From the NCBI GenBank assembly GCA_050013255.1, contig JBEKFP010000001.1, positions 800,001 through 864,000 on the forward strand: a DNA stretch of 64,000 nucleotides, in the 5' to 3' direction. The stretch's first letter is position 1; every line of letters starts with the position of its first letter. Below the pieces are notes generated by a model. The model was not told where the DNA came from, did not search any database, and saw only the letters and a list, made by a program, of their open reading frames with translations. Of the stretch, positions 10,163 through 20,883 are shown in pieces. A program made the translations under genes and the position numbers. This DNA is from Candidatus Bathyarchaeia archaeon. GTDB lineage: Archaea > Thermoproteota > Bathyarchaeia > 40CM-2-53-6.

Positions 10163-11347
10163 GTGAAGATAACCAACGTTGACATTTTCCAACTTGGCGA
10201 ACCCGCTGAGACGGGGAGCGCAACATGGGCTGCTAACTCCATTGTCATTAAGCTCACGACCTCCAACGGCCTTGTTGGCTACGGCGAGGCAGTGCCTACG
10301 TTGAGAGTTCAACCAGTGATACAGTCTCTTCGTGAAGTTGCTCGAGTATACATCGGCAATGATCCTTGTGACGTTGAGCGTAATTGGCATGAGTGGCACA
10401 AGCATGACTTCTACCTACCTGTTTCCTTCGAGTCGACAACCGCGGTTAGCGCATTCGACATTGCCTGCTGGGACATCATCGGAAAACAGTTCGGTGCACC
10501 CCTACACCGACTGATAGGTGGGTCGACGAGAACGAAGGTACGCCTCTACTCAAACGGATGGTACAACGATTGCGTGACGCCAAGCCAATTCGCGGAACGT
10601 GCGAAGAAGTTTGCTGGAATGGGTTACACTGGCCTGAAGTTCGATCCCTTCGGGAATTACTATGACTGGATCGATGCGAAAGGGTTGAGCTTAGCGTACG
10701 ACCGGGTTAAGGCCGTGCGGGATGCCACTGGTGGGAGAGTGGAGTTGCTCATAGAGCACCATGGAAGATTTAACCCCAACTCTGCCATCATGATCGCTAA
10801 GAGACTTCGTGAATTTGACCCGCTCTTTATGGAGGAACCAGTTCACCCAGAGAACATAGACGGGCTGAGAAAGTACAGAGAGGCAGTCGATGTTAGAGTT
10901 GCCCTCGGTGAGAGAATCTTAACCAAAGAGCAGGCGGTCAATATTCTCTCGGACAACCTTACTGATTTCCTTCAACCCGACATAACAAACATAGGCGGAG
11001 TAACTCAGGCGTTGAAAGTTGCGGCCATCGCTGAGGCATACGGAGTTGAGATCGCATTCCACAACGCGTTCGGCCCTATCCAAAACGCGGTAACTATTCA
11101 ACTAGACGCGGCCATACCTAACTTCCTGATTCAGGAATCTTTCTACGATGTTTTTCCATCTTGGAAACGGCAATTGGTGAAGGATCAGTCAAGGGTTGAG
11201 AACGGCTACGCCGCCGTGCCAACAAAGCCTGGCCTAGGCGTTGAGGTAGACGAGAAGGTTCTAGAGGATCATAAGGCGGAAGGTCAAGAATACTTCAACC
11301 CAGACGAACCAGTCTGGGTGGTAAAGAACACTTGGAAGAACCCGTAG
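10163..11347 (+). CDS. gad: D-gluconate/D-galactonate dehydratase (enolase superfamily, mandelate racemase subgroup)
   Basis: GSATWA, GYGEAVPTLR, NGWYNDCVTP, KFDPFG, IEHHGRFN, HNAFG, EPVWVVKxTWKN, as recalled for Sulfolobus-type Gad. Confidence 0.88.
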   Translation: MKITNVDIFQLGEPAETGSATWAANSIVIKLTTSNGLVGYGEAVPTLRVQPVIQSLREVARVYIGNDPCDVERNWHEWHKHDFYLPVSFESTTAVSAFDIACWDIIGKQFGAPLHRLIGGSTRTKVRLYSNGWYNDCVTPSQFAERAKKFAGMGYTGLKFDPFGNYYDWIDAKGLSLAYDRVKAVRDATGGRVELLIEHHGRFNPNSAIMIAKRLREFDPLFMEEPVHPENIDGLRKYREAVDVRVALGERILTKEQAVNILSDNLTDFLQPDITNIGGVTQALKVAAIAEAYGVEIAFHNAFGPIQNAVTIQLDAAIPNFLIQESFYDVFPSWKRQLVKDQSRVENGYAAVPTKPGLGVEVDEKVLEDHKAEGQEYFNPDEPVWVVKNTWKNP

Positions 11348-11506
11348 CATAGGCACGCGCCCGTATTGTTTCTGAGACTCAAAGAGAGCTTGCATACTGT
11401 CTGAAAATCAAATGATTAGAAGGCAATTAACTCGTTTTCAAGTAGGTATTAGTTTGATAAGCAAAGATTTTCTTTTGACTAGGCGCAATCACACACGGGA
11501 CCTCCT

Positions 11507-12355
11507 ATGTCTTGGAAATATACCGATGAATATTACAAGAATTATACACGTGAAACTTGGGACGAGTGTGCAGAAAAGTACATCCCCATAATGCAACAGC
11601 TCAGACCATACCACAAAGCGTTCCTCGAGAGCCTGAAGCCCATGCCTGGTGAAGCCGTACTAGACGTTTGCACAGGGCCAGGTGAACCTGCCATGACAAT
11701 CGCCCAAATGGTGTCACCCTCAGGGAATGTGGTTGGCGTAGACCTGTCGCGCAACATGACGGAAATGGCGTCCAAGACGGCGCAGAAGAGAGAATTATCT
11801 AATGTAAAATTCTTGAACATGGACGCTGAGAAGCTTGATTTTCCATCGAACGTCTTTGATGTTGCAGTTTCATGTTTCGGTTTTCAAATTGTGACTGATC
11901 CTGAAGCTGCGGCGAGAGAAATCTTCAGGGTCCTCAAGCCTGGGGGCAGAGCTGGGTTTACTGTTTGGAGCAGCGGAGACCGGGCTCCAGCCCTCGACGT
12001 CATTATTGGGCCAATGATGGAGCATGCAACCCCAGACGAGAACGGCTACCTACCTACCCCGTATGAATTGGGCGGCCCGGACGAACTTGCAGCGATGTTG
12101 CGGAAACTTGGCTTTGAAAATACCAAGGAGATTCGAATCACAGAGGAGTGGATCGCGCGCGACTCAGAAGAATTTCTTAACACAATTCTTGAAGGAACAC
12201 CGCTCGGACACTCTCTGAGCGAAGAAGACATGGAAATTCAACAGAAGGTTTTGGAAAAAACGAGAGCTAACATAAAACGCTACGCTACTCCTAGCGGTGT
12301 CAGAATCCCCGCGGAATGCGTGCAAGTTTTCGCATCTAAATCAGCCAATGCTTAA
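11507..12355 (+). CDS. Class I SAM-dependent methyltransferase (UbiE-like)
   Basis: VLDVCTGPG, GVDLS, MDAEKL, RVLKPGG. Confidence 0.9.
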   Translation: MSWKYTDEYYKNYTRETWDECAEKYIPIMQQLRPYHKAFLESLKPMPGEAVLDVCTGPGEPAMTIAQMVSPSGNVVGVDLSRNMTEMASKTAQKRELSNVKFLNMDAEKLDFPSNVFDVAVSCFGFQIVTDPEAAAREIFRVLKPGGRAGFTVWSSGDRAPALDVIIGPMMEHATPDENGYLPTPYELGGPDELAAMLRKLGFENTKEIRITEEWIARDSEEFLNTILEGTPLGHSLSEEDMEIQQKVLEKTRANIKRYATPSGVRIPAECVQVFASKSANA

Positions 12356-12509
12356 TCAACCGTTAGAGTTCGACTGGACCTAAACTCAACTAGTGTCTGT
12401 GTGGGTCTAATGCTGCGTACATCTAGATTTGAACGGTTGTTTTTGCTTGCGTTTGTCGACCCCTTTCGTAGAGGAGAGGTTAAGTTATTGAAGTGGACGA
12501 AATCGTTCC

Positions 12510-13514
12510 ATGCAAATCAGGTTTGGCTACAGGGCTGAGGCCGAAGGGCATCCGCCAGATGAACTGTTGAAGTATGCAGCGCTTGCCCACAAGTTCGGGT
12601 TCGATTTCATCCCAATAAGCGACCACTTCCATCCGTGGTTTCACACTAATGCTGCTTGCCCTTTTGCATGGTCATGGATTTCTGCCGCTGCTGCCACGAT
12701 CCCTAACATCAGACTTGGAACCATAGTCACCGCACCGATTGGCAGATACCACCCAGCCGTGATTGCTCAAGCCTTCGCAACAATGGACGCCATGTTCCCG
12801 AACAGAATGTTCCTTGCGCTAGGGACTGGGGAAGCCATGAACGATTCTCCGCTCGGCTACCCCTGGCCGAAATTTCCGGAAAGACTGGAGCGATTAAAGG
12901 AATCTCTAGAGATAATTCGCAGCCTCTGGGCATCCGATTTCGTAAACTATTCGGGCGAGTACTACACGCTCAAGGACGCGAAACTTTACACGAAACCAAA
13001 AGGCCGAATACCGATTTATGTTGCGGCCAACGGCCCACAGGCCGCTAGCCTGGTCGGAAAATATGCCGATGGGTATGCAACGGTCGACCCACTAATGGGC
13101 AACATCAAGAACCTCTGGCCGATAATTGACGGGGCGGCAAAGGAAGCCGGAAGGGACGCGAGCCAGCTCACCAAGAACGTCGAGCTCTTCTTCTCATATT
13201 CTCAGAATTATGACGAAGCCCTAGCCTCCGCGAGGAAATGGAAATCTGCCTTGATACCAAACATACTGAACCTACCCATCCATGACCCCAGGGAACTCGA
13301 AAGGCAGGGAAACGAAATTTCAGACGACGAACTCGCAAAAGTGTGGACGATCACAACGGAAGCTGAACCAATAATCAAGAAAGCCGAGGACGCCATAGCC
13401 TTGGGATACGATGAAATCCAACTCCACAGCGCAAGCCCTTCCGAAGAGAATTTTCTGCAGATGTGCAACAGAGATGTCCTGCCTCAACTCAAACAAGAAT
13501 TCAGTTCAACTTAG
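12510..13514 (+). CDS. LLM-class F420-dependent oxidoreductase (G6PDH-like subfamily)
   Basis: SDHFHPW, RYHPAVIAQAFAT, LGTGEAMN, AKLYTKP. Confidence 0.9.
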   Translation: MQIRFGYRAEAEGHPPDELLKYAALAHKFGFDFIPISDHFHPWFHTNAACPFAWSWISAAAATIPNIRLGTIVTAPIGRYHPAVIAQAFATMDAMFPNRMFLALGTGEAMNDSPLGYPWPKFPERLERLKESLEIIRSLWASDFVNYSGEYYTLKDAKLYTKPKGRIPIYVAANGPQAASLVGKYADGYATVDPLMGNIKNLWPIIDGAAKEAGRDASQLTKNVELFFSYSQNYDEALASARKWKSALIPNILNLPIHDPRELERQGNEISDDELAKVWTITTEAEPIIKKAEDAIALGYDEIQLHSASPSEENFLQMCNRDVLPQLKQEFSST

Positions 13515-13641
13515 CGCTTCGTTTCACACACCCGGAACCGAGGGGCCGATCCTCCGCTCGGTTCGTCGAGAGCAACCATTAATGCCCTCCCTACCAGATA
13601 TGTCCAGGTTCATAGTTCCCTTGGATTAGGATTGGATTGCA

Positions 13642-14469
13642 TTGCAAGCTCCGGCACACGTCAAGCCTTGCCCGCTCTGTGGCGAACCCTCAATGTATGA
13701 TGATTTCATGGAATTCTACTACTGCAACCATTGCGATCAGTTCGTTCAATGGTTACCCGACAGCTATGCGCTGATGATTAGCGGCCCGTCTGGGGCTGGA
13801 AAGAGCCCCGCCCTTCATTACTGGTGCGATTTCTATTTGCGGAACAATCGGCCCGTTATCCTCCTCGCATTCGACGACTCCCCGTCAAATCTGCGTGGCC
13901 CCTTGGGAGAATATGTTCACGGCAAATTGCCGGAACACGAGGCCTCTGGCTTAGCGACTCTCGTGGACTGCTACGCGTCGATCGCCGGCGTCACGAGTCA
14001 AGAGAAGTATTCGTTGAAGAACCGCGCTGACCTAAACGAACTAAGCCTTCTAATTACCGACCTACTAACCGAGAAAACAAAGCTTGGAAGCCCCAAGATC
14101 ATTATGGATTCGGCGACGCCCCTCTTTACCTACAAGGACCCACAACTAGTGGTACAATTTCTCACGAGTATGGCGGCCAAGACGAAAGCAAAGGGCGGGG
14201 CTTTCATAGTTTCAATAACCTCAGGCACAATCAACGATGAAGTCTCCAAACGCTTGGAGACGCTCATGGACCTCTTGGTAGAACTTCGAGTCTTGGAAGT
14301 CGACGGGCGCAAGAAACGCCAGATGCGAATTGCCAAAGCAAGGGGCCAACGCGCGTACGAGGATTGGGTACCTATTTACATTGGAACTAAAACGGTTTCA
14401 ATAGACGTGGGAGAGGACCCCGCCAAGTACGAGCGGTTGAAAAAAGCCCTCCGCGGAGCGTCTTCCTAA
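13642..14469 (+). CDS. KaiC/RecA-superfamily ATPase with an N-terminal zinc ribbon
   Basis: CPLC...CNHC; Walker A GPSGAGKS; Walker B IIMDS; IAKARG. Confidence 0.85.
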   Translation: MQAPAHVKPCPLCGEPSMYDDFMEFYYCNHCDQFVQWLPDSYALMISGPSGAGKSPALHYWCDFYLRNNRPVILLAFDDSPSNLRGPLGEYVHGKLPEHEASGLATLVDCYASIAGVTSQEKYSLKNRADLNELSLLITDLLTEKTKLGSPKIIMDSATPLFTYKDPQLVVQFLTSMAAKTKAKGGAFIVSITSGTINDEVSKRLETLMDLLVELRVLEVDGRKKRQMRIAKARGQRAYEDWVPIYIGTKTVSIDVGEDPAKYERLKKALRGASS

Positions 14470-14552
14470 CTCATCATTTTCATTTGTTGCCCGCAACACA
14501 TACCCGACGAACTCGATTCCTTGCCGCAGGCTTCACATTTGTACATGGCCAT
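14466..14552 (-). CDS. 28-aa desulforedoxin-like metal-binding microprotein (not in the ORF track)
   Basis: MAMYKCEACGKESSSSGMCCGQQMKMMS; SD-like GGGGGTGA about 7 nt upstream; CxxC...CCG motif. Confidence 0.75.
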   Translation of the reverse strand: MAMYKCEACGKESSSSGMCCGQQMKMMS

Positions 14553-14723
14553 TCTGAAACTCACCCCCAGCGTGAATTGCTTGATGCCAACCGATGCCAT
14601 GAATATTCCTGTAACTCTATATGTGGTTTTGCTGTTGCCTGCACGAGCGTTTACGAGAGCGGAATCAGCGAACCTAATTAGGAACCCTCCTTGTTGCGTG
14701 CTCCCAAAAAATACTGATGCGCC

Positions 14724-15719
14724 ATGAACCCCGTAGAAGTTAATGCACTGTCGAAAACCTTCGAAACAAAAGAAGGACCACTGTTTCGTAAGGTTCCTAG
14801 AACAGTAGTTGCAGTAGACGGCATTAGCTTCAGTGTCCCGAAGGGCGAAATCTTCGGTCTTCTAGGCCCGAACGGGGCGGGAAAGACGACGACTATCAAA
14901 ATGCTCTGCACTTTGATAACTCCCACATCCGGCGATGCCTACGTTGCTGGCTTCAGCGTAGCAAAGGAACAGCAGAAGGTTCGGGCCAATCTGGGGGTGA
15001 TGTTGACGGGGGAGCGAACTCTCTATTGGAAGCTAACGGGGCGCGAGAACCTTGAGTATTTTGCAGCCCTATACCATATGGAATCGAGCTACACGAGAAA
15101 GCGCATTGAAGAATTACTCACGTTGGTAGGTTTGAAGGAACGTGAGGGCACGTTAGTTGAGAATTATTCGACCGGGATGCGAATACGCCTCTCCTTCGCC
15201 AAGGCACTTCTTAACGAGGCGCCAGTACTCCTCTTTGATGAACCTACAGCAAGCCTCGACCCTCAATCCTCGCACCTAATCCGGGACATTATTCGGGCTT
15301 TGAAGAAAGGCGGTCATGCAATCATTCTCACAACGCATAACATGGAAGAAGCCGACATTCTAAGCGACCGAGTTGCAATAATCGACCACGGCAAGATCGT
15401 AAGCCTCGGCCCCCCATCAGAGCTGAAGCAGAAGGTGAAGAGCAGTGATGTGATCGAGATTGAGGGCCGCAACTTTTCCGACCAAACCGCTGATGCACTC
15501 CAATCGTTCAGTGAGGTTTCGAAGGCAGCGTATTCCTTGGCTGAGGCCGCTGGCGAGAAGGGGTTACTTCGGATCCATACCGAGAAGGGCAAGGAGGTGT
15601 TGCCGAAAATTCTCGAATTCCTAGTTAGGAAGCAGGCTACCATAACCAAGGTCAGTTTCATCGAGCCCACTCTAGAAGATGTTTTCATAGCCGAAACGGG
15701 CAGGAGCCTGAGGGACTAA
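14724..15719 (+). CDS. ABC-2 exporter ATP-binding protein (DrrA-like)
   Basis: GPNGAGKTT, YSTGM signature, LLFDEPT, TTHNMEEA. Confidence 0.95.
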   Translation: MNPVEVNALSKTFETKEGPLFRKVPRTVVAVDGISFSVPKGEIFGLLGPNGAGKTTTIKMLCTLITPTSGDAYVAGFSVAKEQQKVRANLGVMLTGERTLYWKLTGRENLEYFAALYHMESSYTRKRIEELLTLVGLKEREGTLVENYSTGMRIRLSFAKALLNEAPVLLFDEPTASLDPQSSHLIRDIIRALKKGGHAIILTTHNMEEADILSDRVAIIDHGKIVSLGPPSELKQKVKSSDVIEIEGRNFSDQTADALQSFSEVSKAAYSLAEAAGEKGLLRIHTEKGKEVLPKILEFLVRKQATITKVSFIEPTLEDVFIAETGRSLRD

Positions 15720-15720
15720 A

Positions 15721-16560
15721 ATGCGAACAACTTCCGGGCTGAGGGCAACTTTTGGGGCCTTGGCCGCAATCTTCTGGAAGGGGATAAAGCACTACACAAG
15801 GTACCCGGGCGGATTTGTGATATACCTAATCATGCCATTCCTATTTACTATCCTAATCTTCGGCATGGGACAATTTGTGGGCGGCGGGAATGCCGCATCG
15901 AATTTCGCGGCTCGAACTGGGACAACTAACATTGTGGTCTACGAAATTCTTGGCAGCGCCGTCTGGATGACCAGCTGGGTGGTTGTGGAGGATGTCGGGG
16001 TAGCCTTACGCGATGAGCAAATGAAAGGGACATTGGAGCAAAACTTCTTGGCGCCAGTCAGTCGTTTCACTCTTTTAATCGGCATGAGCCTTACTGACAT
16101 TGTTATCACAACCGTCATCTTCATGATTGTTGTCGGCGCGACCGTTGCGATCGTTTTGCCCTCCGGCTTTCTGAACATCATACAAGCCTTTCTCACTTTA
16201 CTCATCGGTCTGGTTCCATTATTCGGGATCGGTTTTCTCTTCGCTGGGTTCGTGGTCAAATTCAAGGAACCATACGTGTTCACTCAGTTGATCAATCTCA
16301 TTTTCGCCACGTTGACCGGGACATACTATCCCGTGACCTTCCTACCCTACTGGGTTCAATTCATGTCAGGTGTGCTCCCACAGACCTATGTAATCGATGA
16401 TATGCGCCGCATTGTCTTAGCTAACCAGACGCTTGTGAGCCTCTACGGCAGTATCTTCGTACTCCTAAGCCTAGCACTAGTCTATCCTGTTCTTGGCTAC
16501 GCAGTTTTTAGGTATCTCGAGAAGAAGGCGAGTGTAACCGGTGAATTCTCAAAATACTAA
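15721..16560 (+). CDS. ABC-2 exporter permease
   Basis: About six TM segments; EQMKGTLEQNFLAP. Confidence 0.9.
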   Translation: MRTTSGLRATFGALAAIFWKGIKHYTRYPGGFVIYLIMPFLFTILIFGMGQFVGGGNAASNFAARTGTTNIVVYEILGSAVWMTSWVVVEDVGVALRDEQMKGTLEQNFLAPVSRFTLLIGMSLTDIVITTVIFMIVVGATVAIVLPSGFLNIIQAFLTLLIGLVPLFGIGFLFAGFVVKFKEPYVFTQLINLIFATLTGTYYPVTFLPYWVQFMSGVLPQTYVIDDMRRIVLANQTLVSLYGSIFVLLSLALVYPVLGYAVFRYLEKKASVTGEFSKY

Positions 16561-17371
16561 CTTCACCAAACGATTGTTTGAGGAATTCAAAGCCTCATTT
16601 CTGAAGGATCTTCGTTCCTACGTGCGCTACCCCGCTTGGGTTTTGGGCGAATTCATCAGCACCCCGCTTTGGTTCTTCTTCTTCGCTCTAGGCGTAACAT
16701 TATTCGCCCCTACTGCCACCTCGTCCTCTCGTAGCGGTGGTTTGGGCTTCTTCTTTTTCGGGTTCATTTTCATAATTCTATTCAGCACATCAGTCTGGGG
16801 CGTGGGTCAAAGCATTCGGAATGAGCAAACCGCGGGGACACTGGAACAATTCTTCCTCGCACCTGTAAACCGAGCAACACTTATCGTTGGTAGATGGGCA
16901 CGTGTCTTTCTAACTGACACACTCATAATCACCTACACAACGCTTCTACTCTACTTGTTTGGCGGCGGACTCGTAACGCTCCTCAATCCGGCCTCCTTTC
17001 TGTTCTCTTTGGGGTTGTATGAGGTAGCGCTAATCGGTTTCGGGTTATTCATAGCGGCGCTAACAATGCGCATCAAATCCTACAACACAATCTCCAACCT
17101 AGTATTCTTCGGCTACATGATCCTCACAGGCGCACTATTCCCCGTCACCGTTATCCCCATGCCGTTCCGTTATCTTTCACTGGCCATCCCCTTCACATAC
17201 TTCAACGACCTCATGCGCCACGCAGCGTTGGGAACTCCAACAATTTTCCCAAACGTCCTTGAATTCGTCGTCGCGGTCTTCCTGTCGATCTCGATGCTGC
17301 TGGTCGGCTTTTTCACATTCAACGAAATCGAGAAAGAAGCACGCTCTCGAGGCAGCATCGGCACAAGTTGA
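16541..17371 (+). CDS. ABC-2 exporter permease
   Basis: EQTAGTLEQFFLAP; paralogue of the preceding permease. Confidence 0.9.
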   Translation: MNSQNTNFTKRLFEEFKASFLKDLRSYVRYPAWVLGEFISTPLWFFFFALGVTLFAPTATSSSRSGGLGFFFFGFIFIILFSTSVWGVGQSIRNEQTAGTLEQFFLAPVNRATLIVGRWARVFLTDTLIITYTTLLLYLFGGGLVTLLNPASFLFSLGLYEVALIGFGLFIAALTMRIKSYNTISNLVFFGYMILTGALFPVTVIPMPFRYLSLAIPFTYFNDLMRHAALGTPTIFPNVLEFVVAVFLSISMLLVGFFTFNEIEKEARSRGSIGTS

Positions 17372-17487
17372 CTTGCACGTGGCCCAGGCGCTAATGCTCA
17401 AATGACGAACGTATGCGGAACAATGGGTTCTGGAAGCTTTAATGAATAGGATGCCATACTGAAGTTTTGATTGAAAGGCGCTTCTGA

Positions 17488-18528
17488 TTGGTGGCCACGC
17501 TCCGGCTCGGGTATTGGGCTGCGCAGGAACAGTACGACCCGGAACGCCTGTTGCAGTACGCGGTCCATGCTGAAGTTGTTGGCTTCGACATGATAGTCAC
17601 GAGTGATCATTTTCACCCGTGGAGCGACACCGGTGGCCAGGCGGGATTCCCATGGGTGTGGCTCGCATCCGCCGCAGAGAAAACTAGGAAGGTTGAATTG
17701 GGGACCGCTGTCACGACTCCCCTCTTTCGATACCACCCCGCATTAGTCGCGCAAGCCTTTGCAACGCTCGACAACCTCTACCCCGGAAGAATTTTCGTAA
17801 CCCTGGGCACCGGCCACTCCATGAACGAAACGCCGCTGGGTTTCAAGTGGCCGGGATTTGAGGAAAAAGTTGGAAGGCTGCAGGAAGCGCTTGAGATAAT
17901 CCAGAAACTCTGGACAGGCGACTTTCTTACTTACGAAGGGAAGTATTACCAACTCAACAAGGCCAAGCTCTACACGAAACCCAAGACCAAGATCCCAGTT
18001 TACTTGGCTACTTCAAATGAGCGAGTAGCCCGGCTCGCCGGCCAATTCAGCGATGGAATTCTCACCAACCCTAGGGGGTTGGACCGCTTCAAGAAGATCG
18101 TGAACGCCATGGAGAAAGCTGCCGCAAAAGTAGGCCGCGACCCAGCTAAGCTCAGTAAGAGCATGGAATTCAAGGTCGCCTACGACATCGATTATAACCG
18201 AGCCCTCAAATCCGCAATGTTCTGGGCGACCACTGCCATACCACGCGAAAAACGGGAGCACGTTTGGGACCCAAGGGAATTGCAGGCTCTCGTTGGTCCT
18301 GAGGAGGAAAGGAAAATCAAAGAGTCCTGGCTCATAACAACTGACTCCGACGACATCATCAAACGTCTAGGTGACTTTCTGAAAATGGGCTTCGACCGAG
18401 TTTACATCCACAGTGCCAGCCCCATCGAGGAACGATTCTTGAACCTGCTGGGACGCGAGATACTGCCGTGGATGAGGGAATACTATGAAAACCTGTTTCG
18501 CCCCGTTCGCACAGTAGCCGTAGAATAA
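17488..18528 (+). CDS. LLM-class F420-dependent oxidoreductase (G6PDH-like subfamily)
   Basis: SDHFHPW, RYHPALVAQAFAT, AKLYTKP. Confidence 0.9.
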   Translation: MVATLRLGYWAAQEQYDPERLLQYAVHAEVVGFDMIVTSDHFHPWSDTGGQAGFPWVWLASAAEKTRKVELGTAVTTPLFRYHPALVAQAFATLDNLYPGRIFVTLGTGHSMNETPLGFKWPGFEEKVGRLQEALEIIQKLWTGDFLTYEGKYYQLNKAKLYTKPKTKIPVYLATSNERVARLAGQFSDGILTNPRGLDRFKKIVNAMEKAAAKVGRDPAKLSKSMEFKVAYDIDYNRALKSAMFWATTAIPREKREHVWDPRELQALVGPEEERKIKESWLITTDSDDIIKRLGDFLKMGFDRVYIHSASPIEERFLNLLGREILPWMREYYENLFRPVRTVAVE

Positions 18529-18646
18529 CTATGCCTCAGCGACCCGCCAAAGAGAAAGTTGCAAAATAATAATAATATTCGCAGGGTTTGTTGTAGGAAG
18601 GGTCACTGACACCAGAATTCTAAGGTGAACCGGACGACTCACCCAC

Positions 18647-19168
18647 TCAGTTAGCTACCCGCTTACCAACATGGGCTAATATGTCCTCATGCCCTCTCAC
18701 AATATCCTCTCTTCGCGTTTTCGTGAGGTCGATGAACATAAGCTCACTCCATGCCTCGTTTGCGGGCGTGTTGGCGCGTTCTCCCTGAAATATGAATTCG
18801 AGGTCCCAGTGGCGCATGGGGCCGTAAACTTCCGAGAAGACGAAGGGTCCTTCCAGGGGTTGGTCCGCGACACCTAACTGTTCTTTGAGGATTCTTTCGG
18901 CCACCTCCTTTGGTGACTCCCCTAGCATTAGAGCTGAGGAGGGCAGCATCCAACCCTTGCTGTGCCTCTCCACTCTCTCCAGATCGAGTGCGCCTATGTG
19001 ATCCCAGGGAGCCTTCTGGTTGATACGCCCCGCCAAAACCTCCTTTGGGCTTTTTGCCTTCGAGATGACTAGAAAAGCCGAGATGCAAAAACCCCCCTCT
19101 GGAATCTCGTTCATGCGCGGAGGAACCACATCGCGCCTAAAGTGAGCAAATCTTCTACTGGTCGTCAT
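18647..19168 (-). CDS. Degenerate NUDIX-fold protein
   Basis: WMLPSSALMLGESPKEVAERILKEQLG Nudix-box-like segment. Confidence 0.75.
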   Translation of the reverse strand: MTTSRRFAHFRRDVVPPRMNEIPEGGFCISAFLVISKAKSPKEVLAGRINQKAPWDHIGALDLERVERHSKGWMLPSSALMLGESPKEVAERILKEQLGVADQPLEGPFVFSEVYGPMRHWDLEFIFQGERANTPANEAWSELMFIDLTKTRREDIVRGHEDILAHVGKRVAN

Positions 19169-19239
19169 GCGCCCTCGGAAAGCACATGCCTAATGTAAGC
19201 TCTTCTTCGAATGAGGCAGCAGTTTGAAGCAGGATTGCG

Positions 19240-19680
19240 GTGAAGACTCAGACGAGGTACTCAAGCATGACAACCGACATGAACAGGGATCTTATTACAA
19301 AATTTTTTGAACAGGTTTTGAACGGAAGGCGACTTTCTATTCTCGGTGATTTCATTTCGGGGGATTACATCGAGCACAGTCCAACCGACGGCCAAAAAGC
19401 TGGCTTAGAAGGCGTTCAGCAACACATCGAGGCCTTCTTCACCGCGTTCTCCAACACTCGGTACAACTTGGAGGATACTATCGCCGAAGGCAACAAGGTC
19501 GTGGCCAAATGGACTCTGACTGGGAAACACACCGGCAACTTCCTCGGCATAGCTCCCGCCGGGAAACCCATGAAAATGACAGGCATCGACATTTACTACA
19601 TTGAAGACGGGAGAATCAGTGAGCATTGGCACGAGTTCGACCTGTTCGGCCTAATGGCACAATTGACTCTAGGCAAATAA
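19240..19680 (+). CDS. SnoaL-like ester cyclase (NTF2-like fold)
   Basis: IAEGNKVV...GKHTGNFLGIAPAGK...DGRISEHW. Confidence 0.88.
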   Translation: MKTQTRYSSMTTDMNRDLITKFFEQVLNGRRLSILGDFISGDYIEHSPTDGQKAGLEGVQQHIEAFFTAFSNTRYNLEDTIAEGNKVVAKWTLTGKHTGNFLGIAPAGKPMKMTGIDIYYIEDGRISEHWHEFDLFGLMAQLTLGK

Positions 19681-19713
19681 CTGCGTCAATTCCCGCAGCG
19701 GGGAAAGATTCTC

Positions 19714-20883
19714 TCAAGATGTGACGGAATGATGCCATCTGAGTATGTATTCAGGTAATCTTAGGCCGCGTTCAGCAACCTTCTCTACCAAGTATATTGG
19801 AAGCGGGCTAAGAGCGAAGGCGGCCTTCACGTAGAAACTGTTAGGCCTACCCTCACCACTATTGCCCTTTATAGTGAAGGACAGGTCGGAGGTTGCGGCT
19901 ATAGTGCTGTCCGGGTTTCCGACCACAGAGGCGACGAGGGCTCCCATCCGTTTGAAGTTCTTGCACCAGCCAGCCACTATCTCCGTCTCGCCGCTCTGTG
20001 AGATGACAATTAGAACGTCGCCAGCGCGTGGTGCGGGCGTATTGGATTCTCCAGCCACGTAAATCTGGTCGCCCATCGCCCGTTTTACGTGGCCAACCCG
20101 CACGGCCGTCATACGAGCGACCTCTCTACCGCTGCCCAGGCCAACAAAGAAACATGAATGTCTCTGTTCGAGGGCGTCTACAAGTGACTTAAAGAAATTT
20201 GAGGCGACAAACTCGTCTACAAGCGACCCTATTTCCGTAAACAGTTCTTTTGAACGGACTAGTACTCGGTCTGCCGGAGCGTTTTCGTATAGTGCTTCGG
20301 CAATGGATTGAAAGAGCACACCCGTGCCCAAAATAAACAAGTCCTCAAGAATCCCCGTCGTCCGAAATTCCTTGGATTCAGTGGGTTCCTCATCGGGCTC
20401 CCGTCCCTTTAGTAAGAGCACATTACCATACTTAGTCGCGAGTTTCCCGATGGGTGACTCACGGTCTGAAGTTATGGCGTCTATGCGGAAATCGCGTGGG
20501 TTTCCGTGCTGGGCAATATACATGGCCAAATGCTGGGCGTCAAGAAGCGGCATCAGCGACTTTCCGCTACCAGAGTTGATCAGCAAACAGACTTGTCCAA
20601 AACGCTGCCTCAGGATTGGTGCAGCTTCGATGAGGTTTCGTCCTGGGAACCCAATGTCTCCACGGTCGAGAACGAGTTTTCCGCCACGCATCTTAGCCAT
20701 TTCACTGCAAGCAATGCTGAGCGCGCCCTTGGATCGTCCTTCGCCTGATGGGAGAATTACTGCGGCACCCATAATATCGTGGTATATTGCTTCGATTTCT
20801 GTCCGGCTTGCTTGGTCCAGGTTTTGGAATATCCGGTTTACGAAGGTGACAGTGCTGATTTCGCTTGGCATTTCACTTTTCAC
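19714..20883 (-). CDS. Tandem SIS-domain protein (hexulose-phosphate isomerase-like)
   Basis: Two SIS repeats: GEGRS...NSGSGKS and GLGSGRE...ISQSGET. Confidence 0.75.
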   Translation of the reverse strand: MKSEMPSEISTVTFVNRIFQNLDQASRTEIEAIYHDIMGAAVILPSGEGRSKGALSIACSEMAKMRGGKLVLDRGDIGFPGRNLIEAAPILRQRFGQVCLLINSGSGKSLMPLLDAQHLAMYIAQHGNPRDFRIDAITSDRESPIGKLATKYGNVLLLKGREPDEEPTESKEFRTTGILEDLFILGTGVLFQSIAEALYENAPADRVLVRSKELFTEIGSLVDEFVASNFFKSLVDALEQRHSCFFVGLGSGREVARMTAVRVGHVKRAMGDQIYVAGESNTPAPRAGDVLIVISQSGETEIVAGWCKNFKRMGALVASVVGNPDSTIAATSDLSFTIKGNSGEGRPNSFYVKAAFALSPLPIYLVEKVAERGLRLPEYILRWHHSVTS

